DNA of 56,336 nucleotides. Source: Candidatus Ozemobacteraceae bacterium (GTDB taxonomy: Bacteria > Muiribacteriota > Ozemobacteria > Ozemobacterales > Ozemobacteraceae). Positions 39,501 through 46,849 of the stretch are shown in pieces. The notes below the pieces were generated by a model. That model had not been told where the DNA came from, searched no databases, and saw only the letters and a list, made by a program, of their open reading frames with translations. The first letter of the stretch is position 1; each line of letters begins with the position of its first letter. The DNA lies in the NCBI GenBank assembly GCA_036567845.1, contig DATCTT010000298.1, positions 1 through 56,336 of the forward strand. Direction: 5' to 3'. The translations under genes were made by a program, and so were the position numbers.

Positions 39501-42500
39501 AATCCTCGTTGAGGCCGACCTCGCGACGGATTCCGGGGTCAGCCTTGAGGTGACCAGCGGCCTCGCCGACACCGATGGCATGAGCTTCCCAGCCACCATC
39601 GCATCGTATGCGACCCTGACCCCCTCGTATGGGCCGCTCACGGTGTATGCGGATGCGGGATTCACGCAGGTGCTGCCCACCGAAAGCGTCGTCAAGCCGG
39701 GCGACCTTCTCCGGGTGCGACTGTCCGCGACGGATACCCGGACACGCTCCCTGGAATCGCTTGCCGCTGCGTTCTCGGACGGCATCGCAACGACGGGGTT
39801 TCCGATAACCGAAATCGCGGCGGGGGAGTATCGCGGCGGGTTCGCGGTTCCGGCGCACCCCGGCGCGACGCTGACCATCTCGCTCCCGATCGCTCCCGGT
39901 CTCACGGAACGGCTTCACATCCAGGAGTCGTTCCGGGTCACGCTGGTCGACCCGGCGGACGGAGCGGCGGCGGTTCCGGCCGATGTCTGGCCGACATGGC
40001 GATTTTCCCGGCCTCTCTCGGCCGCGACGACGTTCGACGACACCCGGTTCCGGCTCCGCAAACTTCCGGCAGGGACGCTCGTTTCCGGCAACGTGTATCC
40101 GTCCGCCGATCAGACCGTCGTCGAGTTCCTGCCGGACATGTTTCTCGACCTTTCGACGGCTTATCAGCTCGAAGTGGATGGCGGAATCACCGATACCACG
40201 GGCGCTCCCCTCGGCACCGACTTCATCACCGGCTTCGTGACCCAGCCGCCACCTCCACCACCATCAACCGTCCGGTCGATCGCCCATTTCCGTGACGCGG
40301 GATTCACGACACCCTGGCCGGGAGTGATTCCGGGGGATGCCCTGTATCTCGAGGTCCGCGCCGACGACATTTCGTTCTCAACGGTCGACTCGACGCGTGT
40401 CCGGATCGATGCAACCGATGGCTCGTTCGTCGCGACAGCCGTCATGCTTCTCGAGGAGACGGGTCCCGACACGGGAATATTCCGGCGTGTTCTGCCTACA
40501 ACCACAGCCGAAGGCCAGACAATCACGGTCCGCTCCCAGGCAGATTCGAACTACCGGCTGGACCTGCCGGTCTTTTCGCGGCCCAAGCTTGCCGGAATAT
40601 CGCCGGCTTCGGGAAGCGGAAATCTCTGGCTCGATCAGCCGCTCCGGCTGACCTTCACCAAGCCGCTCGAAGCCACGCTGATCGCCTCGGGCGGCATCAC
40701 CGTCCGCACACAGGCGGGAACCCCGATCCCCCTCACCATCGAACGGTCCGCCGATGGCAAGACCCTCACGCTCAGCCCTTCCGGACAATGGGCGACCGGT
40801 ACGGAACACCTTGTGTCCCTGGGGCTTCCCCTTCGTGATACGGACTGGGTGCCCATCCCGGAGACACGATTCTCGTTCACGACCCGATCCATTGCTCCAC
40901 CGCTCCTCGAGCTGTTTTCAGGCATCGCCAGCCGTGCTGGCACGCCGGTTTCCGCTTTTCATGAATCGCTCCCGGGAAGCATCCGCGCGACGGCATCTGC
41001 AACGGATCTCTTCGGTTTCCGGCCAGAGACACGGCACGTGCGGCTTCAGGGGGCAACCGGTACAGCGGGGTTCGATCTCACGGAGATCGCGACGGCGCCC
41101 GGTTTATTTGCTGGCAGCGGCATCCTGCCCTTCGCGCGCGGTTCGGCAGCCACGGCAACCCTGGAGTTCGGCGCCCGGCCCTCGCTCGGCTTCGTAGTTG
41201 CCCCCCTACCCCGTCTTCTCGGACTTCACCCCGCATCCGGAGCAGCATCGATTGCGGAAGCCGTCGTCATCACCGCTTCGTTCTCACGTCCGATCGATCT
41301 TTCCCCTGCCCCCACTCTCGCGCTGCGCGTGAACGGCGCGGCATCCACCGGCCTTCTCAGCACCTCCGGGGAGTTCGCGACCGAGGTGCAGTGGATCCCC
41401 GACATGGCCCTTCTTCCCGGGGCACGCGTGGAGGCCGTCTTCCCGGTGCTGCAAGACAGACTGGGACAGCCACTCCAGGTGGCGCCAACCGTTTTCTCGG
41501 TCGTCGGCATCCAGGGCATGATCCTGTACACGGATCCGGCGTTCACCCGCCCCCTCGTCGGCACGCTTGTCAGCGGACCAAGCGTCTGGATCGAAGTGGC
41601 CGCCTCGGGCCCGATCATCGTCCCCCCGGCATCTCGCCTTCTTCAGGCTTATGCCCAGCGGAACGCCACGATGCCCTACCTGCTTCCGCTGGATCAGGCC
41701 GAAGCAGCCAGCCGCCGGTTCCGGGGCCGCATAGATCTGGAGCCGGCCCGTGGCATCTCGAGCGTGACGATCCCGGTCGTTCCGGGGGAGCGCATCGACA
41801 TGTTCGCCCCCGTGCTGACCGGCCAAACGAAATATATCTATTACCGTACAACCGGCAACACCCCGCCGGTGAAGATCCGGCGGCTGAGCGCGTTCACGGA
41901 TATGCATTACCGGCAGCCCCTCGAAGGGGGGGATCTTCCCCAGACGACGGTGTATCTCGAGATCGAAGCCGAGGATCTCAACTGGCTGCATGCCGATTCC
42001 ACGGACCTTTCCGTCACGTCGGACAGTGACCCGGCCGGGTTCGAACTGACCCTTCGGGAAACGGCCCCGCACAGCGGTATCTTCCGCGCCGCGCTTTCCC
42101 TGAACCCCCGCACCGGCCTCAGCAATGGAGCCGGCGCCGTGATCGCCGTCCGGCCCGGCGAAAGCATCGTTCTCCGCTCCGCGGCAGACCCCGGGGTGGT
42201 TCTGCGCCTCCGATACCAGCCTCTGACACGGCTGGATCATCTTTCGGTCTGGCCGAGCCCGGTCCGTGGGGACCGGGTCACGTTCAGCTTCTGGCTCACC
42301 ACTGCCGCTTCCGTCGATATCACCATTTTCGACGCGAGTGGAGACGAAGTCTGGTGGCTAACACACGCCTGCCGGACAGGAGAAAACCGGGTCACCTGGA
42401 ACATTCCGCGGCGCATTGCAAATGGGGCGTATCTGTACCGTCTGGAACTGCATCCCGAGACGGATGCGCCGGTTAAGAAGCGAATCTTCAAGGGCAAGTT

Positions 42501-42516
42501 TGCGATTTTACGGTGA
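33523..42516 (+). CDS. Giant (~3000 aa) secreted surface protein: about 10 Big_5/SbsA-type Ig domains alternating with a second repeat, ending in a T9SS/FlgD-type CTD
   Basis: Repeated PASGA..V..D....FS.PL...SV and Y......RD..GN.....F.F.T motifs; signal-peptide-like KSKNR...PALA|K. Start codon uncertain (track start 33214 overlaps the opposite gene). Confidence 0.85.
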   Translation: MYHPPSWAFFLFGPLLPLILSEKSKNRTFSPTGIFSLLIVLLGIFSPYPALAKGPVPFTQPITTMYGASFSFSVPLESRRVYIDTACFNTTGKLATTTGIPPFTSAFPFWPESLTQASWGTSPKHTYTTTNLSIAYQAGQITLSDNSDMEVGDVIFASAESDSRLRVYAFGAEANINLSPKAGFPVIATSTPISKPFGMVTTTGGVQLFWGSGTPGKLSHSLIKGTSVLPTPTPVLASMNSNYGVSACRIGQPSDRLLGVAVVLGTAATASTAQLLVLNEADLSIAATKTLQTGNIKSSHVEITQNPRSGVITIGYISDNTASVSNFLYSAGTFVATTTPSIGGVWSESTLTGFGIEGYSNFETSFVGNDRDTPLLRDALLRSSSSMVSGTFGTPGIVSLFPYDRSGVLSACLVVRKSDYKNFELWTRPLNYPKLCTWDQSSSVLYLEGPPFPGTTVTVTASFPEPLIESSTASAVNALGGAQPFTAPTTRLIASAGAQFILAFTDPMMTASFPAWVGETAGKQIRMFGPGSTSVNIGYTTHTSRSVVCSLEETLAFDTLYYIQIASDVLNASGTQLWEPATFSIRTQLANSGILASEVLAIEAFRDAARTDLIPAGSDISATSTLYLRIRARDPAFNTIDFATATYIVDGTNLATLSFAQPSASTETFYTPATTTALAWGVPHTLRFQTASPTASVTFVVTFPTTLPLAPASGAAAVPVTSTITIQANEPLDPASVVATTARLLIGGVPVPATLSYDPATRVITITPAANLLSETLYTVEVGRIRDAAGNPQVATLSYTFTSADVTPPALLALSPASGSTGVTIDTRIALTFSEQLATPSVNPATVRLLRPDGTASYAVSLNGRVITIDPDDTPDGFLRTITTYTVALGAGVRDIAGNSFTSVPATFTATFQTQASSTPPLAVATFGLYRDAARTDPFTAAEAVSGTATVHLRLTGTDGATQTRDIADVVLRTTWGPAFTLPVLEIASDSTGIYHYSYILASIPVFDFAGTLPPSPVATISFIPVGNPAEEATLTVRFPVFVPAQTTVQTLSGSALASGASGVRLDSGVSLRFTLPLDPSTIDSGSIQLIASSGPIAATRTLSPDGQTLVITPSTRLTASSTYLVRAVYAATGLRGLDGNPLYRPFEFAFTTQPFQTPPLSVGNAALFSKSGYTPADRLVPEGDGPGSGTLYLEFQGIDGSNLTVDATLASLSTGGIATLTETGAATGIYRGSFSVSGLPDGYRLIAASTVSPAASATLVITYPKFVSVTPASGATDITIDNRIFITLTEPLDAASVTTNTVRLTRPDGQAMYTVGVTGSNIIIDPNDTPDGYLRTLTSYTVALGAGVRDLYGNPFISNLATWTSSFQTQLSSTPPSAVNTLTLYRDAARTDAYSAFESVFGKAPVFLKLTGTDGATQTRDIASVTLRTSWGPEFILPLLETASNSSGFYYYDYTLASIPVFDEVLTLPPAPVATISFLPPTGPAAGATLTVLFPAWLPAQTTVQTLVSAVPASGATGVRLDSGISLRFSSGLAATTVDEISLQLLGPSGAIPASRVTAPDGQTIQITPAAPLAAASTYRVKAASSLSGMRGVTGNPLYRGFEFAFTTQNAQTPPTAVSETLLFSLPGYDPFTRLATEADCPNTGTLYVEMRGTDGSPLTVDTVVASISTGVAATLTETGAATGIYRGSFAVAGLADGFRLIVAPSVSPAASATLVVTYPTLTVGLPASGATGISVQTTVAAQADEPLAPATIGTATVRLRTGTTLVPSSVSYASPERQVLLTPTAPLLYNTNYIIDISGLRDEAGNPLSAPLSWSFRTQDSTVPPTNLLTLDVFSDSGYSLLLASGSLVTPGSRLFIRITATDASPGTIDATGVRCSSNLNASPITISLVESAPASGMFLGSVPVFPEAGALLTIESLTAPALRRQFRTPTRPSITSLVPASGSSDLPFDTLFSIRTDKPVDGLTLTAATVRLSDLRGYLVASMALRSPTEILVEADLATDSGVSLEVTSGLADTDGMSFPATIASYATLTPSYGPLTVYADAGFTQVLPTESVVKPGDLLRVRLSATDTRTRSLESLAAAFSDGIATTGFPITEIAAGEYRGGFAVPAHPGATLTISLPIAPGLTERLHIQESFRVTLVDPADGAAAVPADVWPTWRFSRPLSAATTFDDTRFRLRKLPAGTLVSGNVYPSADQTVVEFLPDMFLDLSTAYQLEVDGGITDTTGAPLGTDFITGFVTQPPPPPPSTVRSIAHFRDAGFTTPWPGVIPGDALYLEVRADDISFSTVDSTRVRIDATDGSFVATAVMLLEETGPDTGIFRRVLPTTTAEGQTITVRSQADSNYRLDLPVFSRPKLAGISPASGSGNLWLDQPLRLTFTKPLEATLIASGGITVRTQAGTPIPLTIERSADGKTLTLSPSGQWATGTEHLVSLGLPLRDTDWVPIPETRFSFTTRSIAPPLLELFSGIASRAGTPVSAFHESLPGSIRATASATDLFGFRPETRHVRLQGATGTAGFDLTEIATAPGLFAGSGILPFARGSAATATLEFGARPSLGFVVAPLPRLLGLHPASGAASIAEAVVITASFSRPIDLSPAPTLALRVNGAASTGLLSTSGEFATEVQWIPDMALLPGARVEAVFPVLQDRLGQPLQVAPTVFSVVGIQGMILYTDPAFTRPLVGTLVSGPSVWIEVAASGPIIVPPASRLLQAYAQRNATMPYLLPLDQAEAASRRFRGRIDLEPARGISSVTIPVVPGERIDMFAPVLTGQTKYIYYRTTGNTPPVKIRRLSAFTDMHYRQPLEGGDLPQTTVYLEIEAEDLNWLHADSTDLSVTSDSDPAGFELTLRETAPHSGIFRAALSLNPRTGLSNGAGAVIAVRPGESIVLRSAADPGVVLRLRYQPLTRLDHLSVWPSPVRGDRVTFSFWLTTAASVDITIFDASGDEVWWLTHACRTGENRVTWNIPRRIANGAYLYRLELHPETDAPVKKRIFKGKFAILR
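35968..38703 (+). repeat. Tandem intragenic duplication, two diverged 1368-bp (456-aa) units
   Basis: Equivalent landmarks are exactly 1368 nt apart: PASG at 35968/37336/38704, LTETG at 37183/38551, V/LLE motif at 36472/37840. Confidence 0.9.
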
Positions 42517-42519
42517 GGA

Positions 42520-42528
42520 TGCTACGAT
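42520..42528 (+). promoter_or_regulatory. Candidate extended -10 (TGCTACGAT) for ybaB
   Basis: Lies upstream of the AAGGAG RBS and ATG 42576. Confidence 0.4.
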
Positions 42529-42575
42529 AAACGCGTTATCACCGCCATTTCGACCCGAAAAGGAGCGTATGATCA

Positions 42576-42902
42576 ATGTTTCCCAAAGGTGGCGCCAATC
42601 TCCAGGGGCTGATGCGCCAGGCCCAGAAAATGCAGGAAAAGATGGCTGAGACGCAGGAAGAGCTGAAGAAGCGGACGGTCGAAGCCAGCGTCGGCGGCGG
42701 CATGGTGACGGTCGTCGTGACCGGGGCCCAGGAGCTGCAGAAAATCACCATCAACAAGGAAGCCGTGGACCCCGATGACGTCGAGACCCTCCAGGATCTC
42801 GTCCTGTCGGCCGTCAACACCGGCATCCGAAAGTCCCAGGAAATGGTCCAGGAAGAGATGGGAAAAGTGACCGGCGGTCTGAATATTCCCGGGATGTTCT
42901 GA
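42576..42902 (+). CDS. ybaB: Nucleoid-associated protein YbaB/EbfC
   Basis: LMRQAQKMQEKM, GGGMVTVVVTG, DPDDVETLQDLVLSAVN, TGGLNIPGMF. Confidence 0.95.
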   Translation: MFPKGGANLQGLMRQAQKMQEKMAETQEELKKRTVEASVGGGMVTVVVTGAQELQKITINKEAVDPDDVETLQDLVLSAVNTGIRKSQEMVQEEMGKVTGGLNIPGMF

Positions 42903-42946
42903 ACGCACGGCGGATACGCCCGGGCGCAGTCCCCCCGATTCCCCAT

Positions 42947-42981
42947 GAAGCGAGCCCTCCCTGGGCTCGTTTCGTTTTTTT
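42947..42981 (+). terminator. Intrinsic terminator after ybaB
   Basis: GAAGCGAGCCC-TCCCT-GGGCTCGTTTC stem followed by G and 7 T. Confidence 0.85.
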
Positions 42982-42985
42982 CACA

Positions 42986-43657
42986 TCAATAGTAAATTCT
43001 ATTCCAACTCCGGTAATGCAGGTTCTGATTGATCACGGCGCTGGAGAGGGTGGTCGTGATCTCGAGATCCGGTGTTCCCGGGCCTTTTTTGTCCGCATCG
43101 GCATCGACGACGAGCGTCACGAGAAGCATGGGGGTCTCGGGATTGAGGGGATGTCCATACAGTTCGAACTTCACGTTCCGGATGCCCGGAAACGCCAGCT
43201 CGCGGCCGGCCGTCGTCCGGATCAGGCATTTCCGGGCCTCGTCGATGTGGTAATTGACCTCCTCGAGCACCGGGCTCGTGGTGAGATCAGGCGTGTCGTA
43301 CACCTGCCGGTGGAAATGGAGCTCGGCCGGGGAAACCAGCACCGGCACCGTCACGTCGCCCTTCGTGTAGGCTTTCGCATCGACGATCGGCATCTCGAAT
43401 GCCTTTGCCTTCTGGGCCAGGGTCGCGGATTTCGGAATGAACGGCGTGGCACAGCGGAAATCCCGGCGGAGGTGGTTGATGGCAAACCGCGCCCCCTGGA
43501 GTTCCTGAAGGTCGACCGAGCCGCGCTTTCTCGCATTCGTGATATAGCTGAACACCTTGTAGGTGATCCCGAGCAGGGCAGCGACAAGAATCACACCGAT
43601 CGCCAGCTCGACGAGGGTGACCCCCCGTTTTTGTGTGCCATGGCATGATCCACGCAT
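42986..43657 (-). CDS. Prepilin-type N-terminal cleavage/methylation protein (PulJ/PilW-like)
   Basis: QKRG|VTLVELAIG..., then ARFAINHLRRDFRCA, typical of J/W pseudopilins. Confidence 0.82.
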   Translation of the reverse strand: MRGSCHGTQKRGVTLVELAIGVILVAALLGITYKVFSYITNARKRGSVDLQELQGARFAINHLRRDFRCATPFIPKSATLAQKAKAFEMPIVDAKAYTKGDVTVPVLVSPAELHFHRQVYDTPDLTTSPVLEEVNYHIDEARKCLIRTTAGRELAFPGIRNVKFELYGHPLNPETPMLLVTLVVDADADKKGPGTPDLEITTTLSSAVINQNLHYRSWNRIYY

Positions 43658-43658
43658 G

Positions 43659-44195
43659 TCAGTAATACTCCCGTTCGTCGAACAGGACGGTGGCCAGGGC
43701 GAGTTTACGCATCCGGTCGGGTGTCCCGCCGATCGCATCGATCTTGTCGGGCACGCGTCCCTCGTTCCAGAACACCTCCACGATGAGTTTCCGGAGGAAT
43801 CGCCCATTGGCGGCCTCCCCCTCGAGGGGCTCAAGGCGGAGCTTCCGATAAAAATATGCTTTTGTATATTGTTCTGGATATTTTTTCGTCACCGGTTTCC
43901 AGGCAGACTCCGGGTGGACAGGCAATGCGACGGACTGACGGGTCTGCGAATCCACGAGGGAACCTTCGAAAATCTGCAGTTTTGCATCGGTCAGCTCCCC
44001 GACCGGCATCGACTGGACGAGTTCGATCGTCTCCTGGGCGATCTGGAGGGCGCGCAGATAATTTTCGGCCCGGCTGGTTTCCGAACCGGTCGCCGAGGCA
44101 AAATGAATCAGCCCCGCGAAGAACACGAGGGCCACCCCCGTGGCGATGACGATCTCGACAAAGGTGAACCCCATCCGGTCACTGAAACGCCTCAT
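43659..44195 (-). CDS. Prepilin-type protein (PulI/PilV-like)
   Basis: RMG|FTFVEIVIA..., ALQIAQETIELVQ, LIVEVFW. Confidence 0.82.
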   Translation of the reverse strand: MRRFSDRMGFTFVEIVIATGVALVFFAGLIHFASATGSETSRAENYLRALQIAQETIELVQSMPVGELTDAKLQIFEGSLVDSQTRQSVALPVHPESAWKPVTKKYPEQYTKAYFYRKLRLEPLEGEAANGRFLRKLIVEVFWNEGRVPDKIDAIGGTPDRMRKLALATVLFDEREYY

Positions 44196-44647
44196 CTGGC
44201 CGCCCCCTCCCGCTCCAGCAGGCGCAACGAACTCTGGCGGGCTTTTTCCGCCTCATCTGATGCCTTCCGGATATCTTCGAGCAGGAGCAGGCCGTTCCGT
44301 GTGGTATCGACACTCTGGGGGGCGTAATACTCGGGCGGCAGCTTGTCAAGCTCGGTCATGAACGCCCGGTTGGAATCGAAGAACAGTTCGGAAAGGTCAT
44401 TGGTGCCTGGCCGGATTTGCTTTTCCGATGCCTTCCGCGCGGTGATGGCCGCCGTCAGGGTCTCCTCGTCGGTCGGCCCTGATGATTCCCCGGACACTTC
44501 CTCCTGGGGAAGCAGAACCGGCCGTTCCCCCGGCGACAGTTTCTTCCCGCTGCCAGCTCCGCGAAACACCAGAAACAAGGAGAGCAGAAGCAGGAGGGAA
44601 ACGAGTATTCCCAGCAGCGGGACAAAGCCCTGCGTTCGCCTATGCAT
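44192..44647 (-). CDS. Small prepilin-like protein lacking Glu5
   Basis: MHRRTQG|FVPLLGILVSLLLLL; translationally coupled to both neighbours. Confidence 0.6.
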   Translation of the reverse strand: MHRRTQGFVPLLGILVSLLLLLSLFLVFRGAGSGKKLSPGERPVLLPQEEVSGESSGPTDEETLTAAITARKASEKQIRPGTNDLSELFFDSNRAFMTELDKLPPEYYAPQSVDTTRNGLLLLEDIRKASDEAEKARQSSLRLLEREGAAR

Positions 44648-46814
44648 CGTAGTCGACCGCCATCAGGGATCGCGCTTCGCCGATGCTGACGCGCACGGGA
44701 TATGCAGGGAAATACAGATTCGGATCATGGACGATGGTCAGCTTTCCCCCGTCTGGCAGGGTCCGGAGATCGAAGAGATTGTCCACGAAGAGGTTGCCAT
44801 AGATGTTGACGCTCTTTCCCCCGCAATCGATGCCACTTTCCGCCGAAACCGACGATGACGAATTGTCCCTGAAATTGGTCGATGCAGCAAGCGATGCGTA
44901 GATACTCACGACACTGGCGGAGGATTTGACAACGATATTGCCGAACATCAGGTAGATGCCGAGGGTATCCGCATGGAGACTGATCGGCGACAGATTGCCG
45001 ACGATGCAGTTGCCTCGCTGGAGGATGATCCGGCCCTTGCCGCGGTATTTCTCGACCGACGAGAGGTCGAGGGGGGCCCCCGCCGGATCGAGGATCATCG
45101 AGACCCCATCGAGATCGAGCACCTTTTTGCCGCCGATCATCTTGATGCGCTCATTCACGAAATCCCCGACACTTTTGTAGAGATGCGCCACACTGCGCAG
45201 CGTGGGATCGAAGGCCGGGAACACGTCGTATCCCTCGACGCCGCCACTCACCGAGGTGGGGGTTTTGGGCTTTTTCACATTCGCTCCGAAGAACAGGTTG
45301 TTAACCGAAAGCGACTCGATGGGGGCGGACATGAGCACCTTCGTTCGCTCATCGATCTGGGGGGAGCAGGTCTTGCCGGCGAAGGTCTCGGGCTTCTCTT
45401 CGTAAAACAGCGGTACGGGCGGAAACGTCACGTCCATCGTTTCTCCGCCGAATAGTTCGAACTTCACCTTGGCCTGGTCGAGAAAGGCGATCTTGAAGAA
45501 CCGGAGGAACACCGGCCCCTCGACGTAGACGGGGATATCCCGCCCTTCCCCGAAGAGCACTGGCATTTTTCCTCCAACGAGACGCTGCGGATTTCTGGTT
45601 GAATACTCGACGAAATATTCACCGATGCCAGAAAACGGATGTTCTTTCACGAAGGAGGAGCCGGAATCACCGGCGATACTCGCGTAATCGGTGTATCCGT
45701 ATTGGTATTTCCAGTTTTGCATCAGGGAATAGACCATCGACCGGAACACCTCGGAGTTTCCGGGATTCCCTCCGGCTTTTTGATAATCTTTCGCGATCAT
45801 ATAGCCAAGGGTTCCTTCGGTCCCCGCATAGTTGGAGCTGGTTTTCAGGATCGACTTGTAGATGTTGACCAGCTCGGGAGTGTTGTGAAAGTCCGTCGAA
45901 ACCGAGTACGAATTCGCAATCGTCTTGAAATCGAAGGGCGGAATGACGAAAAAGAAGTTTCCCGCACTCACCTGCTCGAATCTGGGATCGACCGTCTGGA
46001 ACGGGGCCGGCCGGTAGAACGAGCCCAGCAGATGATGGTCATCCCTGAAAAACAGATCCAGGAGGACCGGCGGGGTTTTCGCGCTTTTCGCCCCCTGTGG
46101 GAATTCGGGGCAGGGAGGATACGACCGGTTCCCCAAATATACGTATGAGTATATTCCAGGATCGTCGGGGGCGATGCCCTTGACGATGATCTTCTTCTTC
46201 GGATGGCTCAGCTGGCGGCAGAAGCTTTTCACGAACAGGGCATACTTGTCGACGAAGGGATACGAGAGATCGACGATTCTGATCTCCCGCCGCTCCTTCA
46301 GCCGGATTTCCGGCACATCGCGGGACTTCGCCTTTCCGACGATCTCGAGATATCCGATGTAGGAAGGGCGCGGCGCGGCAATTTTGTCGATCACGGTGAT
46401 GCTGATGCGGCCCGAGATTTCGGCACTGGCCCCGAGATAATCGCGAACGAGGCCGTTCGCGACGGGGAGGCGGGCGGCGGGGATCTCGGCCTCGTAGATC
46501 ACCTTGTTGCCCCCGGCGGGATTCAGCTTCCAGAACTCGGCGATCTCGCGCCCGATCTGAGTGTTACGGTCGTTCACCCCGGCTTTGACCCCGGCGAGCA
46601 TCTCGTTGATTCCGGCCTGGACCAGGAAAACGATCCGTTCCTGTTCGATCGAGCGGCTGAGTTGGAGGATCTCCCCGCTTTTGTGGACATTGAGGCCGAT
46701 GAGCAGAACCATCATCATGAGGGCAAAGACACAAACGAAAAAGAGAACAAACCCCCGGCGGGCATGGGCGCCTGCCGGGAGTGTTTGTGTCTGGCTCTTC
46801 ACCGGGTGTCGCAT
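44640..46814 (-). CDS. Large PilX/PulK-like minor pseudopilin (724 aa)
   Basis: RRG|FVLFFVCVF (no Glu5), LVQAGINEMLA, IVGKAK; long C-terminal extension with beta-solenoid-like end (GRIIL..GN, GNIVV, IYGNLFVD). Confidence 0.75.
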   Translation of the reverse strand: MRHPVKSQTQTLPAGAHARRGFVLFFVCVFALMMMVLLIGLNVHKSGEILQLSRSIEQERIVFLVQAGINEMLAGVKAGVNDRNTQIGREIAEFWKLNPAGGNKVIYEAEIPAARLPVANGLVRDYLGASAEISGRISITVIDKIAAPRPSYIGYLEIVGKAKSRDVPEIRLKERREIRIVDLSYPFVDKYALFVKSFCRQLSHPKKKIIVKGIAPDDPGIYSYVYLGNRSYPPCPEFPQGAKSAKTPPVLLDLFFRDDHHLLGSFYRPAPFQTVDPRFEQVSAGNFFFVIPPFDFKTIANSYSVSTDFHNTPELVNIYKSILKTSSNYAGTEGTLGYMIAKDYQKAGGNPGNSEVFRSMVYSLMQNWKYQYGYTDYASIAGDSGSSFVKEHPFSGIGEYFVEYSTRNPQRLVGGKMPVLFGEGRDIPVYVEGPVFLRFFKIAFLDQAKVKFELFGGETMDVTFPPVPLFYEEKPETFAGKTCSPQIDERTKVLMSAPIESLSVNNLFFGANVKKPKTPTSVSGGVEGYDVFPAFDPTLRSVAHLYKSVGDFVNERIKMIGGKKVLDLDGVSMILDPAGAPLDLSSVEKYRGKGRIILQRGNCIVGNLSPISLHADTLGIYLMFGNIVVKSSASVVSIYASLAASTNFRDNSSSSVSAESGIDCGGKSVNIYGNLFVDNLFDLRTLPDGGKLTIVHDPNLYFPAYPVRVSIGEARSLMAVDYDA

Positions 46815-46849
46815 GGACTACGGCCCCGTGAGAGTTGCCGCGGTCCGTG

